A DNA stretch of 48,590 nucleotides, taken from the IMG/VR virus record IMGVR_UViG_3300038334_000158, positions 1 to 48,590 of that record. One strand, written 5' to 3'. Below, one piece after another: positions 43,216 through 48,590 of the stretch. Under the pieces are notes generated by a model. It was given only the letters and a program-made list of their open reading frames with translations. It did no database searches and was not told the DNA's origin. This stretch comes from a virus (Duplodnaviria > Caudoviricetes). Made by a program: the position numbers and the translations under genes. The first letter of the stretch is position 1; each line of letters begins with the position of its first letter.

Positions 43216-44685
43216 ATGTCATTACTAGCCAACAACGGGTTACAATTTGGAAGCAGGGTTATGACATTCATTACCAATAAAGACGGTATTTTTAATCCTA
43301 CAATAAACACATCTGATTCATCAGTTCCTATATGGAGGGTCGAGGGATACGGAGTTCAAGCCGCAAACACACCAAGTTTTGATTTAACTGGTAACACTCA
43401 GGATTTAAAGGTTACTGTATCCCTTTCGAATTTTTCGAAAGTTTCTAGTATCGTATTTTCAAGTCAAAATATAAAAGGGACACTTGATATGTCATTACTT
43501 GAGAGTTGCACTAATTTTCAATTGCATTCAAATAGTGAATTAATTCAAGTTATAAATCCGACACATGATAAAAATGTCAATTATTATAGTATTCAGGAAT
43601 GTAACATCACTGGAACTTTAGATATATCAACCTTCCAAAATATAGGAGGTTCTATAACATTTAATAATAATCCAAATCTCACACAGATAATAAATCCAGT
43701 GAGTTCATCATATATCCTAACTAATTATAACGGATATTTATGTGATTTAACAGGTACACTGGATATGACAGGGTTTACACTCGGAGGCTACTTTAGAGTA
43801 TATTCTAACCCTAATTTAACGGGTATTTCACATGCACCAACATCCGAAGATATATTAGCGTATCAAGCACACGCTTGCAATCTCACGGGAACACTGGATT
43901 TATCTGGGTTAACAGGTTTTGGGGGTGGGTTTCTTATTTACCAAAACCCAAATCTTACCCAAATCATTAATCCAGTCAGCTCTAATAATATTAGTACGTA
44001 TTATGCTTCAGACTGTAATTTAACAGGAATGTTGGATTTATCCGGTTTAACAGGTTTAGGAGGTCTTTTTAGAGTTAATGGAAATCCAAATCTTACACAA
44101 ATCATTAATCCAGTTAGTTCAAACACCTTTACATATTACTATGCTTCAAGCTGTAATCTCACGGGAACTTTGGATTTATCCGGGTTAACGGGGTTAGGTG
44201 GTGACCTAAGAGTTCACATAAACCCAAATCTTACCCAAATCATTAATCCAGTCAGCTCTAAAACTTTTACTTATTACTACGCTAATCAGTGCAATCTCAC
44301 GGGAACACTGGATTTATCTGGGTTAACAGGTTTTGGGGGTACTTTGGCAGTGTACATCAACCCAAATTTAACATCTATTACACTCCCAATAATTTCAAAT
44401 AAAATAAACGTGTTTTATGCCTTCTCAACAGGTATCGGTATTATTGACTGGTCTAAACTAACCGGGTCAAACGATGGTATTAATATACGCGTTGATTCAT
44501 GTGCATTCACAGCCGTAGAAAGTGACCAAAATACCTACGACATTGAGGCAATGGGTTGGGCAAATGGTACGCTGAATGTTGGCGGCACAAATGCAGCTTT
44601 GACAGATGGAGCCATAACTGGTTATGATGGTATAACTGCTAAAAATGATTTAATAACAGCCGGTTGGACGGTGACTTATAACTAA
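43216..44685 (+). CDS. Leucine-rich-repeat protein in tail module (putative receptor-binding protein)
   Basis: About seven 45-47-aa units CNLTGTLDLSGLTG...NPNLTQIINP; start at ATG 43216 behind AGGAGG. Confidence 0.8.
   Translation: MSLLANNGLQFGSRVMTFITNKDGIFNPTINTSDSSVPIWRVEGYGVQAANTPSFDLTGNTQDLKVTVSLSNFSKVSSIVFSSQNIKGTLDMSLLESCTNFQLHSNSELIQVINPTHDKNVNYYSIQECNITGTLDISTFQNIGGSITFNNNPNLTQIINPVSSSYILTNYNGYLCDLTGTLDMTGFTLGGYFRVYSNPNLTGISHAPTSEDILAYQAHACNLTGTLDLSGLTGFGGGFLIYQNPNLTQIINPVSSNNISTYYASDCNLTGMLDLSGLTGLGGLFRVNGNPNLTQIINPVSSNTFTYYYASSCNLTGTLDLSGLTGLGGDLRVHINPNLTQIINPVSSKTFTYYYANQCNLTGTLDLSGLTGFGGTLAVYINPNLTSITLPIISNKINVFYAFSTGIGIIDWSKLTGSNDGINIRVDSCAFTAVESDQNTYDIEAMGWANGTLNVGGTNAALTDGAITGYDGITAKNDLITAGWTVTYN
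43876..44370 (+). repeat. 138-bp tandem coding repeats
   Basis: Units at 43876, 44014, 44152, 44290; 43876-43926 identical to 44290-44340; 43945-43985 identical to 44221-44261. Confidence 0.9.
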
Positions 44686-44689
44686 TATT

Positions 44690-44893
44690 ATGGCAGCAAC
44701 AATCGAACAAACTACAATCAATGTGAACCGGATAATTGGGGACAATTATTGGTTTTTTGCGCATGATGGTGAACGTTTAATTCAGGAACCTACTTTCGTT
44801 GACCTTGGAACAACTGAGAGCGTACATCAACTATTTGTGGCAGAAACGGAGCAGGAATGCCTTTCAGAAGTGACAAGGCTTGGGCTTATATAA
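44690..44893 (+). CDS. Small hypothetical protein (possible fibre assembly factor)
   Basis: 67 aa directly after the LRR gene. Confidence 0.6.
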   Translation: MAATIEQTTINVNRIIGDNYWFFAHDGERLIQEPTFVDLGTTESVHQLFVAETEQECLSEVTRLGLI

Positions 44894-44918
44894 AAGTTTA
44901 ACATTTAATTCAATTATT

Positions 44919-45431
44919 ATGAAAAAGCTAGTTTTAATTTTACTGTTATTCCTTGGGTTTGGAATATCAGCCTTTGCTTCTCAAGGTGAGGCATCGGAAG
45001 TCGTAACCCAAAGTTTTGCAACAATTGGCGGTTTGGCCGCTTTAGTTGCCTCAATTGTTCAGGCTGTTAAAAAAGCTGTAAAGCTTAAAGCCTATTGGTA
45101 CCAGATTTTCAGTTTTATTGTAGCCATTTTCCTATCGTTTGTGGGATGGTATTTTAAGCTGGGATTATTTGATTCTATCCAATACTGGTATTATGCCTTG
45201 CTAATTGGTATATCAATAGGATTATTCAGCAACGGATTTTATGACCTGGCAAAAATTATCCTTCAGTTATTTGGGGTATCGGTTCCCATATCCATTAAAG
45301 ACAACTCTAATTATTTTGAAAACAACACAACTAAGAGCGTGGGAGATTTCAGGATGGTTTATGATAATGGAAAGGTTTTGATTCACCCCTTTGGACGAAG
45401 CGGTAAAACCGTTGATGTAAAAATAAAATAA
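44919..45431 (+). CDS. Multi-pass membrane protein, holin-like
   Basis: Signal-like N-terminus, three further hydrophobic segments, GLFSNGFYD motif. Confidence 0.65.
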   Translation: MKKLVLILLLFLGFGISAFASQGEASEVVTQSFATIGGLAALVASIVQAVKKAVKLKAYWYQIFSFIVAIFLSFVGWYFKLGLFDSIQYWYYALLIGISIGLFSNGFYDLAKIILQLFGVSVPISIKDNSNYFENNTTKSVGDFRMVYDNGKVLIHPFGRSGKTVDVKIK

Positions 45432-45461
45432 TAACCGGCCATTGGCCTTAACTCTACCACA

Positions 45462-45899
45462 ATGACGAAAGCACTATACATACTGATGATTTCAGTAGCA
45501 TTCACGCCAATAACAGGACTTGTTGAGAAATACCTTTTCAACGATTGGGAATTTCTTATTTACCTGTTTATTATGATAGCATTTGACTCTTTACTTGGTT
45601 TCCTTAAAAACTGGAAACGTAAAACTTTATCATCAAAAGCCTGGGGTCAGGTTATATTCAAACTTATTTCATACATGAGCCTGCTAATTGTAGCCCACAT
45701 ATTTGTGAGCTTTAGGATTGGAGGCGTAAAAGTTGAGCTGTTTGATTGGTTTGAAAAATTAGTGCTTACGTCATTGATGGTTAAGGAAGGAATAAGCATT
45801 ATTGAGAATGTGGGTAGCATAAACGAAACCTGGGTTCCCAAGTGGTTGCTGAATAAGTTAAAGGAATTTGACGAAACTGGAAAATTTAAAAACAAATGA
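45462..45899 (+). CDS. Phage holin (holin family 4-like)
   Basis: MIAFDSLLG...LSSK...KEGISIIENVG...VPKWL. Confidence 0.85.
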   Translation: MTKALYILMISVAFTPITGLVEKYLFNDWEFLIYLFIMIAFDSLLGFLKNWKRKTLSSKAWGQVIFKLISYMSLLIVAHIFVSFRIGGVKVELFDWFEKLVLTSLMVKEGISIIENVGSINETWVPKWLLNKLKEFDETGKFKNK

Positions 45900-46483
45900 T
45901 AATTCTTGACAATGGACACGGGAAAAATACTCCTGGTAAACGTTCTCCGGTATGGCCCGATGGTTCACAACTATTCGAATATGAATTTAACCGGGCGGTG
46001 GTTAAGCTTATTCACGAACGTTTAAATGAATTGGGTATTAAATCAATTATTCTGGTTCCTGAACTGGATGATATTTCACTGGCCGATCGTGTTGATAGGG
46101 CTAATACTATTTACCATACCGATAAAGAATCGTTTTTGATTTCAATACACGCCAATGCTGGTGGTGGGCATGGCTGGGAATGCTTTACAAGTTTGGGACA
46201 AACTGAGAGTGATATTATTGCCAATTATATTTTTGCATCAGCTTATAAATTGTTCAAAAATACAAGGTTCAGGCGCGACTATTCGGACGGTGACCCAGAT
46301 AAAGAAGCCCAGTTTTATATACTGAGAAAAACCAAATGTCCGGCTGTTCTTACCGAAAACTTTTTTATGGATACTGAAAGCGATTGTAGGTATATTATGT
46401 CAGAAGCCGGACGAAAACAAATTGCACAGGCTCATGTGGATGGTATTTTAAGATATTTAAAGAGTAAAAATGAGACTACTTGA
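45896..46483 (+). CDS. Endolysin, N-acetylmuramoyl-L-alanine amidase (Amidase_3)
   Basis: ILDNGHG, EYEFN, ISIHANA, PAVLTENFFM. Confidence 0.95.
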   Translation: MIILDNGHGKNTPGKRSPVWPDGSQLFEYEFNRAVVKLIHERLNELGIKSIILVPELDDISLADRVDRANTIYHTDKESFLISIHANAGGGHGWECFTSLGQTESDIIANYIFASAYKLFKNTRFRRDYSDGDPDKEAQFYILRKTKCPAVLTENFFMDTESDCRYIMSEAGRKQIAQAHVDGILRYLKSKNETT

Positions 46484-46757
46484 AATAACACCGGTTTTTG
46501 TTGAAACCATTCCCCAAAAACTGGAAGATGGTAAGCTTTATATTTCAAAAGAATTTGGAATTGTAGCACATTCATGTGCCTGTGGTTGTGGGGGCCGTTG
46601 CATAATGGATTTAAAACCATATTGGAAAGACGGGTGGACGTTAACTGAACATGGAAATAATGTGGTTTCTCTTAGTCCATCGGTGGGTAATTGGTCCGGT
46701 GAGAATCCTTATCATGCTCACTATTTTATCAAGAATAATAAAATTGATTGGCTATGA
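46470..46757 (+). CDS. DUF6527-like Cys/His protein
   Basis: HSCACGCG...WTLT...SLSPSVG...HAHYFI...IDW. Confidence 0.7.
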   Translation: MRLLEITPVFVETIPQKLEDGKLYISKEFGIVAHSCACGCGGRCIMDLKPYWKDGWTLTEHGNNVVSLSPSVGNWSGENPYHAHYFIKNNKIDWL

Positions 46758-47014
46758 AAGCTGTTTGCTGCGATAAACTTAAGAAGCTTTATGTTGATAG
46801 CCGTAATGATATCGATATTAAGACTGATGATTTTATTGTAGCAATTGGAAAAACTAAAAGCAACAGTGTTTATCATGTTGTTGAATCGAAGAAAAAGGAA
46901 AGAGTAAATGGTTTCAGGTACTATGTAAAAGTATTGGCTTCTGATTTAATTACATGCATGAAAAGGGATAGTTATCAGGCTTTAATCCCAATACAATGGT
47001 ATAGTAGGAATTAA
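46754..47014 (+). CDS. Hypothetical protein
   Basis: ATGA overlap with the upstream gene. Confidence 0.6.
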   Translation: MKAVCCDKLKKLYVDSRNDIDIKTDDFIVAIGKTKSNSVYHVVESKKKERVNGFRYYVKVLASDLITCMKRDSYQALIPIQWYSRN

Positions 47015-47025
47015 TTAAAAATGAC

Positions 47026-47580
47026 ATGAAACACCTTTGGTACATATTAATACTTCTTGCATGCTCAATTGCCAGTTTCTTCTATGGTAAAAACATCCAG
47101 AAAAAAGAGATTGCCAACATTATTGACAGCGACACGGCCAGTGTATCCATAGACCTTCCAGAACCGGTTGAAGAAAAGGAACCCGAAATTGTATTTCGAG
47201 ATACCGGAAGCCATACTATAAAAATTGAGTATAAAGACACCACAATATTTGTTCTGGTTCCGGTTCCTGTAGATACAGCTGCCAAGGTTGCAGATTACCT
47301 TTTACAACGAAACTACCACATTGATACTACTATTAACGAGGTTAACGCGGTAATTGATGCCAGCATATATGCCAACAAAATGGCCAATATTCATTTTCAA
47401 TTTGTCAATTTGCGAACATGTGATCCTGAAGTGTTCCAATTCAGAGCCGGGGCTTTTGCCGGTGTAAATGACCTCTCACCTACTTTTATTATCGATTATA
47501 AAAAATACTCTTATTCAGTATCATATGACCTTATTGGAATTGAAAAGGGTTTCCGTTTTGGTTTTTTTCGAAATTTTTGA
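47026..47580 (+). CDS. Spanin-like membrane protein
   Basis: N-terminal hydrophobic anchor, repeated DT motifs, C-terminal amphipathic beta strands ending in Phe; located in the lysis cassette. Confidence 0.6.
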   Translation: MKHLWYILILLACSIASFFYGKNIQKKEIANIIDSDTASVSIDLPEPVEEKEPEIVFRDTGSHTIKIEYKDTTIFVLVPVPVDTAAKVADYLLQRNYHIDTTINEVNAVIDASIYANKMANIHFQFVNLRTCDPEVFQFRAGAFAGVNDLSPTFIIDYKKYSYSVSYDLIGIEKGFRFGFFRNF

Positions 47581-47610
47581 TACATCCTATTGCCACATTT
47601 TTAAACTTGC
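47576..47610 (+). promoter_or_regulatory. Putative promoter of the terminal moron (shared motif, copy 2)
   Basis: TTTG...TGCCACATTTTTAAACTTGC. Confidence 0.55.
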
Positions 47611-47615
47611 AGAAA

Positions 47616-48083
47616 ATGGAGAGAATTATGGAAAAACTTGAATTAAAGCATTTAGCACCTTATTTGCCTTATAACATTGAATGTTCAATTTATAGTGAAA
47701 TGTATCCATCACCAAAATTAGTGGGTATAAACGGTTTATTTGTTTATTTAAATTATCACGGCACATATCTTTCATTTGAACTAGAAAAGATTAGGCCAAT
47801 ACTTCATCCACTTTCAGATTTAACCAAAGATGAATCATTTGAATTATTTTGCAAAGAACAAATTACATGTGCTAATCTAAAAATAATTGAAGTTCCAACT
47901 GAATTTATTGATGATAAACTAATTGTAATAAATGTGCTTGGTGGAGATAATGTAGCTTTATCATATGACAATGAAATATTATCAGAATGTCCTTTATTAT
48001 TTTACGAATGGATGATTGAACATCATTACGATGTTTATAATCTAATTGGTAATGAATTAGCAATTGACATAAATTCACTGTAA
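47616..48083 (+). CDS. Hypothetical phage protein
   Basis: LELKHLAPYLPY...RPILHPLSDLTK...LAIDIN; start at 47616 or 47628. Confidence 0.75.
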   Translation: MERIMEKLELKHLAPYLPYNIECSIYSEMYPSPKLVGINGLFVYLNYHGTYLSFELEKIRPILHPLSDLTKDESFELFCKEQITCANLKIIEVPTEFIDDKLIVINVLGGDNVALSYDNEILSECPLLFYEWMIEHHYDVYNLIGNELAIDINSL

Positions 48084-48085
48084 CT

Positions 48086-48274
48086 ATGGCAGCAATAGAA
48101 TTCAAGCTTGAGATTGATACGTTCCATCTGAATAGACAAATCAAATCAATTAAGAAAAAGTTATTTTGGTTGAGATTTAAATGGTTTATTTTTAACAAAG
48201 TGTATAGAAATAACAGAATTAAATTATTGATTAAAAAATATGGAAGCAAAACAAACACTGGAACTATTCCTTAG
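48086..48274 (+). CDS. Small basic hypothetical protein
   Basis: 62 aa; start 2 nt after the upstream stop. Confidence 0.5.
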   Translation: MAAIEFKLEIDTFHLNRQIKSIKKKLFWLRFKWFIFNKVYRNNRIKLLIKKYGSKTNTGTIP

Positions 48275-48590
48275 ACATGCCATAAAGGGACATGCCCGAA
48301 AAGCTAAAAAATATGTACAAATTACTCAACTGCACACATCGCAACTTGTAGATAGTAATATTGAAAGAATTAACCTTACACTAAAAGGAGCCGGAAAAAT
48401 TACACTGGTTGAGCGTGAATCGGTTAAAACTGACCTTATACCGTCAAAATGTCTTATTGATTTTAAATTAGTGACAGAAAAGAAAGGTGAGTTTACTATT
48501 CGGCTAATTAAAGAATCTGGAATAAGGAAACCCGATGAAAATGGAACCTGGGGTGTAAATGTTACGTCCTTTAAAATTTATACCGTTTAG
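48240..48590 (+). CDS. Hypothetical protein
   Basis: 116 aa; ends at the window edge with a stop codon. Confidence 0.65.
   Translation: MEAKQTLELFLRHAIKGHARKAKKYVQITQLHTSQLVDSNIERINLTLKGAGKITLVERESVKTDLIPSKCLIDFKLVTEKKGEFTIRLIKESGIRKPDENGTWGVNVTSFKIYTV

Larger units (their letters stand above)
1..48590. mobile_element. Temperate siphovirus genome / prophage, probably of a Bacteroidota host (integrase and att sites not in window)
   Basis: Canonical module order: repressor/cro, recombination, replication, terminase-portal-head, tail tube/TMP/Dit/hub, holin-amidase. No sheath gene seen. Confidence 0.95.

Noticed and set aside
43876-44370. CRISPR-like array
   Set aside because: 138-bp period, degenerate at synonymous sites, inside an ORF, and no cas genes.
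42549-44685. Diversity-generating retroelement suggested by the Mtd_N domain and near-identical repeats
   Set aside because: No reverse transcriptase or Avd in the window; repeats are in-frame coding units and their differences are not adenine-specific.
3750-48258. Numerous short antisense or alternate-frame ORFs inside large genes (e.g. 5950..6300, 20996..21460, 26901..27311, 35268..35720, 36487..36900)
   Set aside because: Shadow ORFs of well-supported genes, with no independent motifs or initiation signals.
1-48590. Alternative genetic code (stop-codon reassignment)
   Set aside because: Core genes are full-length in the standard bacterial code, and all three stop codons terminate genes.
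1-48590. Integrase, att sites or terminal repeats
   Set aside because: No tyrosine or serine recombinase motif and no matching end sequences seen; probably outside the window.

Overview
The window is a nearly complete temperate siphovirus genome or prophage. Its host is probably Bacteroidota, inferred from TAnnTTTG-type promoters, AT-rich leaders and the protein families present. Layout: a leftward accessory/envelope operon and XRE repressor (1-2672); a switch region with face-to-face promoters; early genes (Cro-like, LuxR-TM, RecT, exonuclease, twin HTH proteins, SNF2 helicase); a tRNA-like element; a DNA-modification cluster (helicase-MTase fusion, C5-MTase, Gp37/Gp68); a replication initiator with internal iterons; terminase, SPP1-type portal and a MuF protein with a C-terminal HEXXH domain; an antisense three-gene moron; head and tail genes, including a frameshifted tail chaperone, tape measure, extended Dit, hub, Mtd_N protein and an LRR protein; and a lysis cassette with a terminal moron. 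I saw no integrase, att site, CRISPR array or reverse transcriptase. The best leads are: the MuF metallopeptidase with its convergent cassette, which shares a 19/20-nt promoter motif with the terminal moron; the mosaic LRR tail-module protein; the tRNA-like RNA lacking a canonical anticodon arm; the convergent-promoter switch; a possible inverted single-component spanin; and apparent strong GATC avoidance. All family assignments come from motif recognition by eye, not from database searches.
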